NCBI GenBank assembly: GCA_015680685.1
Contig: MNCI01001334.1
Span: 349,914 to 406,480 of the forward strand
Direction: 5' to 3'
Origin: Gnetum montanum
Lineage: Eukaryota; Plantae; Gnetophyta
DNA: 56,567 nucleotides
Shown: piece after piece, positions 13,544 to 26,804 of the stretch
Layout of the letters: each line of letters begins with the position of its first letter
Numbering within the stretch: position 1 is the first letter of the stretch
Notes under the pieces: generated by a model
Told to the model about the DNA's origin: nothing
The model's database searches: none
What the model saw: the letters and a program-made list of their open reading frames with translations, nothing else
Program-made: the position numbers and the translations under genes

Positions 13544-15579
13544 GGCATCAAATGCACGAGAATTGAGATATTTGTTAGATGTTGGTCATATACAATGGGT
13601 GACTATTTGTCATTCAGTGCTTTCTGATCTCAAGGCTATAAATAAGGCTTCCTTGCTAAGAATCATGTGTATTGGTGAAAAGTTATTTCTATGGATGAGG
13701 ACAAGGTTTTGGCATAGTTTGTGTTTGTCCTTTGACATAAGGAAATATTTAAAATATTCACTATGTTGCTTTACTCTATCCAAGTTTGCAAGCTTTCTAA
13801 GAGCTTATTTTTAAAAGTATTTTATATTTTGCAAACTATCATGTGGACATTGTTTACTCATTATTTTTATTGACTTCCAAAACAATGCTTATTATTGACC
13901 TGGTCCTGTTTTTGTAATTTAATGTTTTCTATTATTTTTTTTTTCATTTTCAGACAGTAAATAAGCTTTAGTTTGTTCACGGTAACTCATCCTTTTGATG
14001 ATCCTTTTGTCAGGTTTGACTTGGCTGTATAAGCAGTCTTCTGCCTATACTTTGACATATGTTACCATCACATATTAGTATAGAAGCTATCCTGTAAGAT
14101 GACAAAGTCTAATTCATGATTGGATTTGTTTGCATATCCTGTAAGATGGCTGAAATGAAGATTGGAATTTGATTATGTGGCATTAGTGTGGATGACAACT
14201 GTGGACATCTGAGTTACCACATTTGCAGATGGATGGTTGTATCTCTCATGAACGTTCCCATTTGCTAATGTTGTGATCACTGGTTAATAATTTGTTTTAC
14301 AATTTCTGCTGGTACTCAAATCCAACTCTCTTGCAATCCACAGTGATGGACTTATGTGTGTTTGGGCATTTGAAGCTAGTATAATTTAACCTCCAAAGCT
14401 CATTAATAGAATTGATGGAATGAAATTGAGTATTTTAAATTATAAAGGCCATTTCTGTTATGAATATATTTATAGAGATACACTGTATGAAGCTGGTTTT
14501 CATACTAATGGAGCAATGTCATAAATGAATGTAAGCAGGTAAGCTGGGAAGTTAACATGTGACTCGCTGCTTATCTACTTACCTATTTTTGCACACTATT
14601 TTTGATACTACAGTCAATGGAATTCAAAGGAAGATATTGTATTCTTTTTTGGAATAGCAGGAATTATAAACACTAAAAAATTACTCTACTTAGATAGGCG
14701 AATCGTGGGAATCTCGTAGTGCCTGTTAATTTGAAATTCAGAAATGAATAATGTGAAATGTCCATTTAATTGGCTAAAGGAATAGGATCAATTGGGTTAG
14801 TTTTTGGAGTATGTCTACTATATAGGAATGACATAGCATATCCACAATGATAGATTTTTGAAGCATCACTTTTACTAATGTGTTGAAATATATTTACTAT
14901 GTTTCTTTATATTTGCATGTGTTGTGCAAGAGTGGCTTTGCTATGTTTAGTTAAATGATTTTTGAGCTAGCAGTATTTTTGTTTACTGTAAGGCAACGAA
15001 AAAAGTGATTTAAAAATATTTCCCTTTGTTATGCTAGTGACTCAATAGTTTTTGATAGAGGATCTTACCTGGCTAAGCTACTAGAATATAGTAACCCTTG
15101 AACATGTATAGCTGAGAACTACTTTCATCCATGAGTATGTTATAATAATTGATAAACTCTCTGTTAAGATATAGTAATTTGGTAATTCATTTGCACAAGG
15201 GATGCTTCATATAAATACTTTTAATTTTATATATAGAATGCTTCCTTTGTCTACATGCTCTGTAGGCTTATATTTTATTGGGGTGATTACTTTAGAATTT
15301 CTGTATCATAGTTAAACAACAAACTAAAATGCTTTTATAAGAAGGATAAGAATATTTGAATATTTTAAGATGTTATTAAAATAGATGATATCATAGCCAG
15401 CCATCTGGCTGCAAGATATTAACCAAATTCTTTTTCATTATTTAGTGAGAATGTCTTTTCATGTACAACATTAATAATACTATATATTTATTTGTGTTTT
15501 ATGATTTTATATATTTTGATACTATATTTGCATGATCATGCCATGAACTATATATGGTTTTGGGTATGATCAACTACAA

Positions 15580-15716
15580 AGCATAAATATCCATATGATT
15601 GGAGGACTAAAAAGCCCACAATTTTTAGAGCAACAGAACAATGGTTTGCATCTGTGGAGGGATTTCATCAAGTTTCTTTAGAAGCAATTAAACAAGTAAC
15701 CTGGATACCATCTCAA
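15580..15716 (+). pseudogene. OVA2: IleRS exon ([28 protein letters not shown]...WIPSQ)
   Basis: Highly conserved motif; acceptor CAG changed to CAA; gt donor. Confidence 0.9.
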
Positions 15717-17166
15717 GTATTTTGAAAATTACTAGATTGTATGCAACTTGTCTATCATTGTTTTAGATGTGCAAATGCTTTGTTATGCTACCAAGAACTT
15801 TCATTGCTTATTGGATATGTATTTGCTTCCTTATTTATGACCCTGCACATAGATTTTAGTTGTCATGGATTTTTTTTTAAAAAAAATTTGAACAGTTAGA
15901 AAAAGAATCTATTGATAAAATTAGATTCAAAGTACAATGAAATTTGTCTTGGGACCTTAATGATTAACTAAGATGGTAGAATTAAATTTTTAATAAATGG
16001 TGGGCATTACCTCTAATATACTATGGCATTCATTGTACTAGGAATTTCACTTTGCTTTTTCTTACAATATGCTACTTCATAACCTTCTTTAAGATTCAAT
16101 ATAATGAAAAAACATTTTATATGTTTAAACCATTACTTCATCAATGCAAGGACTTTAAACATTCTTTAGAGAGTGCTATAGTCCCAATGAACCAAGGAAT
16201 AGCCACTAGCTGCTTGATGTACCAACTTTTTAAAGAAAAGCATTTCATTGACATGGAAGATAAAAACGTTAGGAAAACAATATTTTGGCTACATGAAGAA
16301 ATGTGAAAATTGAAAAATTTGGCAAACATCTGGGAAACGTTGAGATAGAAAAATCTACACATGCAAATAAGAAATTTTGAAGATTTTTTGATTTAAAGTT
16401 TCAGACACTAAGTAAATGAAAGATACATAAGCATAATAGTAACCACACGATTAAATAAACATACTAGGCTGTTGTGCCATGCTTTAACACAACATGTGCC
16501 ATTTTAATCAAAATTAGGTTTGTAATGTAAACCTACATCATCTATGTTGGTTTTCTTTCCTTTTCTTCTTTGTTGTATGTGTGAGTGTTTTTATTTTATT
16601 TTATTTTTTATAGTGGGGTCTTTTTTAAATAAGAATTTGTAATGGTACTAGAAATTACTTGGGTTCTTAGACATCAATGACCAAAAAAAACTAAAACGGT
16701 TTTATGTTCCAACTTGACACTAAAATGAAATTGCATTTGATTCAAATCACTTTCATCTTCATTCAAAAGCACAGGAAATTATCAATATATAAATATTTTC
16801 TTAAATTTTTAAGTCTAAATTTAAATATGATAATGTTCTAACATTAAGATGTGATAATAGGGCATTGCGTGCATTAATCTGGAGTAAGTAAACTATGTTT
16901 GTGAGCCTTGGTTAGGCTGGTCTTTATTACAACTAAATATTTTAAGTCTATTGCTTAAACTATTGTTATATGGAGCTTTGAGTCTTTTGTCTTTTGCAGA
17001 TAGGATATTTTAATTAAATCTTGGTTATTTAGGTCAAATATGTACATTTTGAGGCTTTATTTTTGGTTTAACTCTTGATGCTTCTGCCTCTGTTGTGCAT
17101 CTCTCTAATTTTGCATGATTGTGTCTATATCACTAGTTTATATTGATTTTTCACATTTTGACAAAG

Positions 17167-17313
17167 GGTGAGAACTGGATTACATCAATGACAACTAGTC
17201 GATCAGATTGGTGTATATTGAGACAAAGAACATGGGGTGTTCCCATTCCAGTATTTATCATGTAGATTCTAGTGAGCCATTGATCAACAATGAGACAATT
17301 GCACATATTAAGT
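17167..17313 (+). pseudogene. OVA2: IleRS exon ([32 protein letters not shown]...IAHIK)
   Basis: ag/gt bounded; 1-nt deletion near 17255; DWCISRQR changed to DWCILRQR. Confidence 0.9.
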
Positions 17314-17586
17314 GTGAGTACACTGTCTAATTATATAGCATATTGTACCACACATAGCTTGTAATTTTCTATTTTTACAAGATGTTTCAACATGATACTA
17401 GATTCATCCTTAGTTGCAATTGATTTTTCAAGGTTTAGTGAAAGAATAAAAAATGCTGAAGTTAATGGCTAGTTTGAGATAGTGGGTAATGCTTAGTTTG
17501 GAAATAAATATATATATAAATAAATAAATAAGAATTACCCTTTTGAGTTCCAATGGCTAATTTTAAATGAGTAATGGTTGGAAAAG

Positions 17587-17894
17587 CCAGAAGAGAAACT
17601 ACATAATACAAACATTAGGGGAAGACTTGGAGTGTGCTACAAGAATGATAGTTTAGATGGTTTGGACATGTGTAAAGACGACCAGACAATGAGCCTATAA
17701 ATAGAGGTTGCTACATCACAATTGCAAGAAAGTTACTGAAAGGAAAACCAAAGAAGATATGGTTAAAAATGATTAAATATGTTTTAAAGAAACTACAAAT
17801 AAACAAAGATCTAGCTCTTCATAAAGGCATATGGTGAAAAAGAACTCGTATAGCTCACCATATTTTGTTGGGATAAGGCTAGGATGATGATGAT
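17587..17894 (+). mobile_element. 5'-truncated RTE-clade LINE with (GAT)n tail and target-site duplication
   Basis: LRWFGHV*RRP...GKPKKIWLKMIK; ends ttgggataaggctaggatgatgatgat; flanked by agtaatggttggaaaag and agtaatggttagtaaaag. Confidence 0.8.
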
Positions 17895-20130
17895 AAGTAA
17901 TGGTTAGTAAAAGACATTTTCAATATTACAAGAAAATATAAATATTTAAACTATGTAAATAAAGGGATAAACAAATGTAAGGCTAAGAGTTAAATAAAAA
18001 CATAGGTGGGGCTAAGTAATGTGGAAATTAGATCATTTACAAAATGGTAAAAATAGGCAATAAGGAATGGATTTGATTAGACCAAAAGTTTGAGAGAAGA
18101 CCCCTATGTTGTATCATGAAATGTAGTGGTTCCCATCACTTCTGTTTGTTTGTTTGTTTTTTTCTCAACTGATTTAGTTGATTTCGTTTTTCTTATTTCT
18201 GCCTTTTCTTCACTAGCCATGAAATTCTTAATACTTTTATTTTTATTTCTTTTGGACTTATAGATTTACATTCTTTCTGGTTATACCTACTTGACAAGTT
18301 TATAATAGCTTTCTCCAGAGGTTCATATGATCAGTTTATAACATATCTTGATTCTTAGTTGGGTGCCTTAACCACTTCCAGGGAACACATGCAAAGATTT
18401 TAAATGCTAGAAGATGACTGAAACTGGAAAATACTGTGAAGATTTTCTAAGTTGACCTTTAAAACATGCTATGTACATATTAATTCCGGTTGTAGGAAAA
18501 CCTCACATAATTGTAATTAAAGATAAATTTTCAATTGATGGAAAACCTTGAGCATGAATGTGATTCTGCAATTGCATGCTGTGGTTGCAAAACAGATGGA
18601 TTGGGTAATCATTAGATTAAATGATTAAAGAACATATGGGTGGGTTTGTTTCTTAAGGAATTTTGCAGGACGTCATTACCTGCTGATTTCTTCTAGATGA
18701 TGAAGGATCATTCCAATGAGTATATGCTCTTATAAATTCTCAAGTAACAGTGAAACTGATTTGAAGGAAGCCTTGAAAATGTTCTTATTGCTCTTTTATT
18801 TACCTGGACTAATAGGGATGAGAACCCATGGTCTTTAAAAGGTATAAACAATGCTTCATTATCTGCTGATTTATTCTTGATGAACATTCGTACCCAGGGA
18901 GTTAAAACTATTATTCTCATTTAAGCATCATAAGGCATTTCACCCTGCTTAAATTTCTGAGGCATTTAAAAAATGAAATTAAACTATTCCAGCCCACATT
19001 ACCTCAATTGCAGTACATTCTTGGCTGCCTTTGTGCTGCAACATTGCATTTTTGAGATTCTCCATTACAAGGTCCAAGGTGTGTGTCGTACTCATTGCCC
19101 ATTTGCTTCTGCATTGATGCTTTTCATGAAGTTGTGATTCATTATTTTCTTTTTAGTTTTCATGGAATATTTTTAGTAAATTTGTATTAATGAGACTTAA
19201 AGGCCCTGTCACGAAATTATGAGCTAACAAAATCATTGTTGTAAGTTGCCACTTCTTTCAAGTGTGTATGATTGATCTAGAAATCTGGTTGCTGAGAGGG
19301 TCATATGCAAGCGTGACACCTCTAGTTTATGGTTTGACACTTGTCTCTCATCTGCTCAAATTCCTAGCATCTTCATTTGCATCATGAGCAACCTGTATGT
19401 AGGTACCACTCATCCCATTATGATGCCACATGTTCCTTCTCTTCTTCTTGTCCTTTCTCCATTTCTGATTTTACTATCTGTCTCAGATTGCTTATGATGT
19501 CATTGTTTACTTTGATTTTCTAAATATTGATCTTGCATGATCTTAATCTATAAAATATGATGAACCAAAAAATCCATATATGGACTCTGTTTCAGCATGC
19601 GGCCTGATGATTTTAGGTTTTTAAAAGGTTTCTCAGTACAATATTGCCATCATGGATTTATTGTCAATGATGGACTCTTTCATGAGTAAAAAAGCAAACA
19701 CCAGGTACAAATGAAAACAACATAGGAATGGTTTAATATTCTTTTTTTAAATATTCGTTCATTTATTTGTCCGTAAGAATTTTTCTATCAATATTGGAAA
19801 CAATAGTACCATACAACATGCTTGAATGCAGTAACAATTTATCTTAGAACAATGAACATTTCCAAGAAAGTATGAATTTTGATGGAAGTGTGATAATCTT
19901 GCAGCTTTTCTTAGTTATCTACATAATCTCTGTTATTTTCCAGGCTATTAATTATCTTTATTGTTAGGCATTTGGTGACAATACTATAACCCATATTTGA
20001 TGCCATCTGTATTTATTTAAGGCGACATGGAGATGTCTAGATTTTAGTATTATTTTTATTATATTTTGGTTTTCATTTGAAGCATCACATAAAATTTAAT
20101 TGAATCATAGTTATCTTTGTTTTTGCGTAG

Positions 20131-20262
20131 CCATCATTTCTCAGAAAGGCAGTGATGCTTGGTGGTATATGAGTGTCAAGGAGCTTCTTCCTGAAAGATA
20201 TCATGCAGAAGCACATAATTATAGAAAAGGAACTGATACAATGGATGTGTGGTTTGATTCTG
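20131..20262 (+). pseudogene. OVA2: IleRS exon ([20 protein letters not shown]...[11 protein letters not shown])
   Basis: ag/gt bounded, open, within ORF 20100-20324. Confidence 0.92.
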
Positions 20263-20739
20263 GTTTGTACATCTTTTCCTTTCTTACGGACAAAACTTCA
20301 TTTGTACCTATAATTAATTACTAACACTTTTACTTCTACATGCATATATAACATATAGTATAATAAGCACTTTCAATTGAAGTTTATGTAAAAATTAAAA
20401 TTTGAAAATATTTTATAACATGTTATTAACAATGCCATTTGTCCATAGTGGAAGTCCTTTTTGATGGGATTTTAAATAAATGGGTGCATAGAGAAGGGAG
20501 TGATTCAAAAATCCAAAACTTCTAGTTTTGTTTTACATAAAAAAAATGTCAAGATTTGTGTTTATTATGTCTGCATTTTGCTTTTTGCAAGATGGTTTGA
20601 ATAATGCTTGATTCCTCATCATTTATGATTGATTAACAATGATTAGAGAGAGTAAATAGTTCCAATGGTTCATTACAATGTATTCCTTGAGAATTTTCTA
20701 GAGGGTTAAATTTTTAGACTCTAGGCTAGGATTTCATTG

Positions 20740-20895
20740 GCCATTCCTTGGATGCGAGGATCACTTGGAGCCACAGTGCTTATTTTGCTAAACAGGTCCT
20801 GGGAGGGTTGGTAGATAAGTGAAACTTTAACCTCTTCGAGTGGCTACATCCAAGCTCGAATCTAGGTCTTCGACTTGAGAAACAAGTTGGTAGAT
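20740..20895 (-). mobile_element. Au-like / RTE-associated SINE remnant
   Basis: Minus strand has a B-box-like gattcgagc and caaccctcccaggacctg; second copy at 6740-6835. Confidence 0.45.
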
Positions 20896-21288
20896 GGTAA
20901 TTCATACACTGTCTTGATTCATATATCATTGTTTTGTTAAGTCAGTTGGGTCATAAGAGTATGTTACGATTTGTAAGGTATTTATTTATGAATCAATTCT
21001 TACAACTTGTAAAGTGTTTGTAAGATCAGTTACTATTATCGTAACGAAGTGTTGTGTCGATTATGATGAGTCATAACCTTTCATCATGTTAAAGGTCTCG
21101 CCAATACCAAGTTAGTGTGAGTACTCATAGTAAAAGTGATAACCAAAAGTACAAGTATAATTGTTCATAATTAAGGAACAAATGGTTACGACCAAAAGGT
21201 CCAAGAATACAAAATTGCAAAAGGAAGTTATCCGAAGAAAAGAAAAGATTTTTGATTACAAAATTACTTTATTGAATATTTTAACATA

Positions 21289-24200
21289 TTTTTTTTTTGG
21301 AAAACTTCAGGGTTAAATTAAAGAAAAGGCATATGTACAATCATAGCAATAGCAAAAAGAGGGGAGAAAGCATCTCGCCTCACCCCCAAAACTTAGGGGG
21401 ATGTGGGAACAGTCTTCCCCCCCGCCTCCCCCCACCCACAATCAGAATTCCCTATAAGGATTTAAGACAACAACAAAAACATGGAGAACAAAAAATCTAC
21501 AAAACCTAGAAGAAGAAGAAAAACCAAGATTTAAAGATCCATGCCCTTCCAAACACGTCTACCCCCTAGCAACATAGACCCCCACAACCGATCAATCTAT
21601 AGACATAAAGGGAGAGTCCAGCATTGGTAGTAGGGCCTCTCCTAACTATGGAGGGCTTCCAGCACCTCTTGGTACAACTTTGTTGCCACGAAGGCTGTAG
21701 CCTCCTACAATTCTTTAAGGCTCTTCTGCTTGCACATGTGTTCCTCAATAGTCCCCCTTCCATTTGGGTATAGCCTCTGACTCTCATGGCGAATATGGTG
21801 CCGAAGCAGAGCCCATGGCACAATATGCCTGATCTTTAGAGTCATGTAGGGGCATCTCTCCTTCTCTAGCCACTTGTGAATGCAATCCTCATGAGCTCAA
21901 TCTAGGCAAGCCTGGATCTCTGACTCCTCTTGCTTCTCTTCCTTGTGCTACCGTTATGCCTCCCTTTCCTACTCCTCCTAGAGCCTAACTTCCTCCTAGA
22001 GTCTTTGTTAAATTTGCTACCTTAGCTCCTCCTCCAACTACAACTTGGCCATTGTGTCTACGAAATTCCATCGCATCCTCTTCATCCTTGCCTCCTCTCG
22101 TAGTTGAGCAAGTTCCTATTGGAACTCCTCATCCCTACGTCTTAGCTCTTCCAGCTCCTATTGGAGCTTCTCCTCCTAGCACTACAACCTCTTCACCCAG
22201 ACTGCTTACATCTCCTCCAAAGCTCACTCCACCTCTCCCATCTTTGCCCATTGCTTGGATGTTCCCGATGGCCTTCCCCCTTCCACTAGCCTCCCCTACA
22301 TAATCAGAACTCCCTCCCCTCCCTACCCAACTTAGGGCCCTTCTAGCCTCCCTTGGGATTGCAACGACTCCCCAACCTTCATCTCCCTAGTCACCCCATG
22401 GTCCAAGCTTCCCCCCTAGACATCCTCTTCATACTCACTTGTATTGGTAGAAATGTCCACCATAGATGGTGGTACGTAGTGCCTCCTTCTGCTCCCATAG
22501 ACCACCCATACCCTTGAGGCACTAGGTTGCATAGGAATGTACCCCATCATCCCTCGTCCCCTCTCCACTTGCTAAAGCATGTGAATAAGGCCTAAGTGAG
22601 TCCCCTGCCTCCTCCAGCATAGTGCCACCAAGAAAAAATGAGCTAGATTAACCCCAATTTCCCTCCAAAGATAGCAAAGGAACTCAAAGTGTACCCCCAA
22701 TAGCTTCTAGGTGTTGCCAAAATGAATAAAAAATCTATCCACCAAAATTACTATATCCTACCAAATGGGTTCCAAAGCTGCTTTGGGAACCTACCCTCTC
22801 ATTGTCTTGGGCACCTTCCTCAAGAAGAATTCACATGCATCTTGTAGCCCTTTGCCCTACACCCCCACCTCCTCCCCTTCCATTGGTGTATGTAGATATC
22901 TAGCAATGGCCACCTCAATGAGCGTACTTCTCACCCCCTTGAACAGAGTAACATCCCCAAGCCAATTAGTATAAAATGGTCCATCCTTAAGCTCTGAGTC
23001 CCCCCCTTAGCTTCTTCAGCATTAGAGCCTAACCAACCTTGCCCACCAGTTATCTCAGAACTAGATTACATTGGCACTCCTCCCATAGTAGCTCAAACAT
23101 TGAGGTTATCCCCATGGCCACCTACGCTTCCTTCCATGTTCAAATTCCAGCAATTGCCACTTGTGTTGGTAATGGAGGATGAATGTTCCCAAAAACCTAG
23201 GAGTTTTTGACCTACCACAATTGCCAAAGAATAGTAAGGGTCAATGAATCCTTGTTCAGTGTAGTCGGCATTCAAATGCATGCAGCCTACCACACTCTCT
23301 GTGAATAAGTGCAATGTCATGCAAAATGTTCCATGGTTTCCCCCCTCGCCATGCAAAGCGGACACGTGTCATTCACCTGTGACCCCTGCCTTCACAACAT
23401 GTGTCGCATAGGTATAGCACTATGTTTTATCAACCAAAGAAAATATTTGATTTTCTCTAGGAGGCTATCCTTCCATAATTGCAACCACCCCCTAACAATG
23501 GGATACTTATGTTGGAGTAGTTGCTTTAGCTACACATTTGTCAACCCACCTGGTACAAAGCCTTGTATGTGTGAAACTAACACCTACCAAAAATTTGAAT
23601 CGTTGATAGTGGCCTCCCATTGCCTATACTTTTGACCCATAATCTGTACCCACAGAGCACGAATCTGCTAGAGTAACCAGTGGAGGCCCACAGCTCAAGC
23701 ATTCTCAAAACTTAGCAACCTGAGACCCTCGCCTGCTTCAATCTAGCCACCTTATCCCACACAACAAGGTGCATCCGACTATCCCCTTTACCCCCAACCA
23801 AACAAGATTGCACACAATGCAGTCAATTTTCTCAGTTGCCCTGGTTGGGAGGAGGTGGCAGATGCAACAAATCGAGCCATAGCCTATAAAATTGACCCTA
23901 CCAACATCAACTTCCCTGCATTGGACCTCGTCCGTCGAAGCAAGTGCATCACCTCCTACACTAGCAAAATCTAATCCTGCAGAAATCTACCCTAAACAAA
24001 GCTTGCCTATTGTTCTCCCATGAGGTGCTACATCATGGGCCCCATCCATGCAACCAACATTTTCGAAAAGAGCCTAATTAGAGTGTTGCACACCCCAAGA
24101 GGAAAAAATTTTGTATGACTCAATGGATTGGATGACTTCAGGATTACTACTCGTCGTAAGCAGTTAATCTCCCTTCTTACCTAGCCCCACATCAATATCT

Positions 24201-25265
24201 CATTGAAGGCGTCTAGGATATTTCCCCCTAGTTCCTTAGTAAATGTTCAAAAAAGTTCCACAAGTCACCCATTCGGTCTTGGTGCCTTGCCTCCTTTCAT
24301 AGATGCTAGTGCCCCCTCCAACTCCCCCCTAGTAAAACATGTCAACAACTTATAATTGTCCTCCTCCTCTAAAATCCTCGGAATATCAATAGAGATCAGT
24401 TTGGTCTCCCGCTATTGCCAAATGTCAACCCAGTACCTCAAGAGAGGTTTTGCAACCTCTTGCTTCCCCACAACAACCTTTTCTTCCTGAATGGAAGGTA
24501 TCCTCTTAGCCAAGCAAGCTACTGCAAAAAATAAATGTGTATTCCTATCCCCCTCCCTCAGCTAATGAACCTATCCCCTATGTCCCCAATATGTTTCCTC
24601 CTCTTTGTCAAGTGCCTATAGCTCCCACTACACCTCCCCCTCGATATCCTCTTGCTCTTGATCTAGCTCCTGAGCCCGCTTTATCCACTCCAGACATCAT
24701 ATAAGCTTCCCCTGACAATATTGAAACAAGAATTTGTCCTTAGACTTGATCCCATGAATATGCTATTTGAGTGAACTCAGCCCTTGTTTTAGAAATTCTC
24801 TGGGATCCCTACCTTGTCGGTAGGATCCCCAAATATCCTCCACCAATGGTCTCAACTAGGGCTTCATCAGCCATAACTATTTGAATCTGAAATGGCATGG
24901 CTCCTTGTCTTTTGGATGCCCAATCATACAAACCAAAGGTCTATGATCTGACATGACTCTTTCTTTGCCAATGATGGACACCCCTTTACCCATCAACATG
25001 TTTAGTCTCATCCAAATATGATCAATTTTGGTAATGAGTTTGTCCTACCCCTTTCGTTGGTTACACCACGTGAATTGATACCCCTTGACTTCCATATCCA
25101 CCTGCCCGTGGGCTGTTAGAAAATCCTAGAACTGTTGACTCCTTGGAGGGTTTGAAAAGTCCCCATCCGACTTCTCCCACAAATGGAGGCACTAGTTGAA
25201 ATCCCCTAGCAAGATCCACTACCTCCAATCAGCAATCATGGGTGCAATTCATTCCAAAACCCTAT
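21289..25265 (-). mobile_element. L1-clade LINE (5'-truncated, RT partly deleted) with extra 3' coding module and poly(A)
   Basis: WILLGDFN (~25200), FTWCNQR and SDHRP endonuclease motifs; KAPRPNG (~24280); ETMEH zinc-finger remnant (~23330); T10 at 21289-21298 is the A-tail. Confidence 0.85.
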
Positions 25266-25570
25266 AAAGAACTTTTGAATGATATTGCATTAACTTTAAT
25301 ATAAGCACCTTACCATCACTCCAGATGATGGTCCCTTACCATTCCTTGGATGCAAGCAAGTTAATAAAACTTACTCTTTAGCTAGAGGTATTGCACCAAA
25401 TGGCAACTATGAAACCTATTTTGAAGTAGAAGCCCAATATCTGTGAAGTGCTGCTTGTTCTCAATTAAAGTTAATATTAGATAGAAGCATGCCCTTTGGT
25501 AGTTCTTTGATTTTGTAAAATACTATTTAATGTGCTGCACCATATTTTGTTTTTTTTTTTACTTTACTAG

Positions 25571-25699
25571 GATCTTCTTGGGCTGCTGTGGTGGAGCACA
25601 GAGAAGGCCTTGTTTGGCCTTCTGATTTGTACCTTGAAGGGAGTGACCAGCATCGAGGGCGGTTTTAGAGTTCTCTATTAAATAGCATTGCTACCAGAG
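25571..25699 (+). pseudogene. OVA2: IleRS exon ([28 protein letters not shown])
   Basis: ag/gt bounded; CAG changed to TAG at 25666-25668; RGWF changed to RGRF. Confidence 0.9.
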
Positions 25700-26142
25700 G
25701 TCATGTCCACATTTTCATAACCAGAATTGTCTTCAAGATATCAATATGATTTTGACACAAAATAGTATATACTATAAAATACGATTCGAATTTATAAGTC
25801 TGGCATGGTTGAATGACACCCATTCCAGTTTTTTCCAAATCATATTTTTTATTACCTGTCTGTATAGATTGAAATTGAGTTGACAATATAGCATAGGAAC
25901 ACCACCATTGGCTTCCTTTAGGTAGTTCATGTTGTTGGCTTATGTTGAATTCAAATAAGTGTTAGGTTATTGTGTTAAGCCCAAACAAATGGTGGGTTGT
26001 GATTAACTAGCTCACGTCTTGGCTTCTGTTAATTTTTGGGAGATCTAGTTCTATTTCAAATTTTTATTTTGTGAACAGTCAAAGGCATTCCTATTCTATG
26101 ATTTCCTTGGTAATCAGATGTTTCTGTTATCTATTTTTTCAG

Positions 26143-26266
26143 GTAAAGTGCCTTATAAGAATGTGTTAACACATAGGTTTGTGTTGGATGAGAGAGGACA
26201 CAAAATAAGTCACTTGGAAACGTAATGGATCCTCTGGTTGTGATTTAGGGTGGCAAAAATCAGAAG
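26143..26266 (+). pseudogene. OVA2: IleRS KMSKS exon, motif destroyed
   Basis: KVPYKNVLTHRFVLDERGH, then AAAATAAGTCA (4-nt deletion in the K-M-S-K-S codons), then SLGNVMDP; TAG at 26246. Confidence 0.9.
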
Positions 26267-26345
26267 GTTTGTTCTCTTCTGGTGTTGAACTAAATGATTT
26301 ACTTAATTTCTTCATGAATACATGTCAGCTTATTCTTCTTGATAG

Positions 26346-26510
26346 GAGGAACCAGTATATGGAGCAGATGTACTGCAACTCGGGGTGTCAAGTGTTGATT
26401 ATACTAGTGATGTATTGATTGGTCCTCAAATTTTGAGACAAATATCAGATATATATCGAAAATTGCGTGGAACTGTGAGATATCTCCTTTCAAATCTTCA
26501 TGGTTGGAAA
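26346..26510 (+). pseudogene. OVA2: IleRS exon ([52 protein letters not shown])
   Basis: ag/gtaagt bounded, open frame, overlaps ORF 26385-26657. Confidence 0.92.
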
Positions 26511-26678
26511 GTAAGTTTCATTAAAAATCATATATTTATATTTTTAAGCCCTGTGAAATGTTTGGCTAAAATTAAATACGAATTAAATTATCATGGAAAT
26601 ATTGCTTTCTATTGCTGTTCGTTATACTTTGTTGGTTCCTGTAAATGCTTATATTAGCTATTGTTTATAATTTTGTGG

Positions 26679-26804
26679 ATTGAGATGGCAATTCTATATG
26701 ATACCCTGCCTATGATAGATAAATATGCTCTATTTCAACTAGCAAATGTCATAAGAAATATCAAAGATAGTTACGTGTGTTATCAATTTTATAAGATATT
26801 CCAG
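26679..26804 (+). pseudogene. OVA2: IleRS exon (..YDTLPMIDKYALFQLANV...YQFYKIFQ)
   Basis: Acceptor AG changed to GG (ttttgtgg); gt donor at 26805. Confidence 0.85.

Noticed and set aside
15960-16400. Possible hAT transposase fragment (ORF 16052-16306)
   Set aside because: Only a vague resemblance, with no diagnostic motif or terminal inverted repeats.
18690-18962. Intronic box C/D snoRNA candidates (TGATGA...CTGA near 18698-18760 and 18877-18960)
   Set aside because: No terminal stem or convincing rRNA guide, and such boxes arise by chance in AT-rich DNA. A snoscan/Infernal search would be needed.
22052-22303. Proline-rich (extensin-like) ORF, and the antisense ORFs 34444-34851, 28211-28444 and 51574-51843
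   Set aside because: These are shadows of purine-rich TE sequence on the opposite strand.
3462-26248. Rescue of TAG stops by RNA editing (A-to-I or U-to-C) or read-through, making the IleRS functional
   Set aside because: Six frameshifts, five broken splice sites and the deleted KMSKS cannot be repaired this way. The TAG bias is explained by deamination and is shared with the dead TEs.
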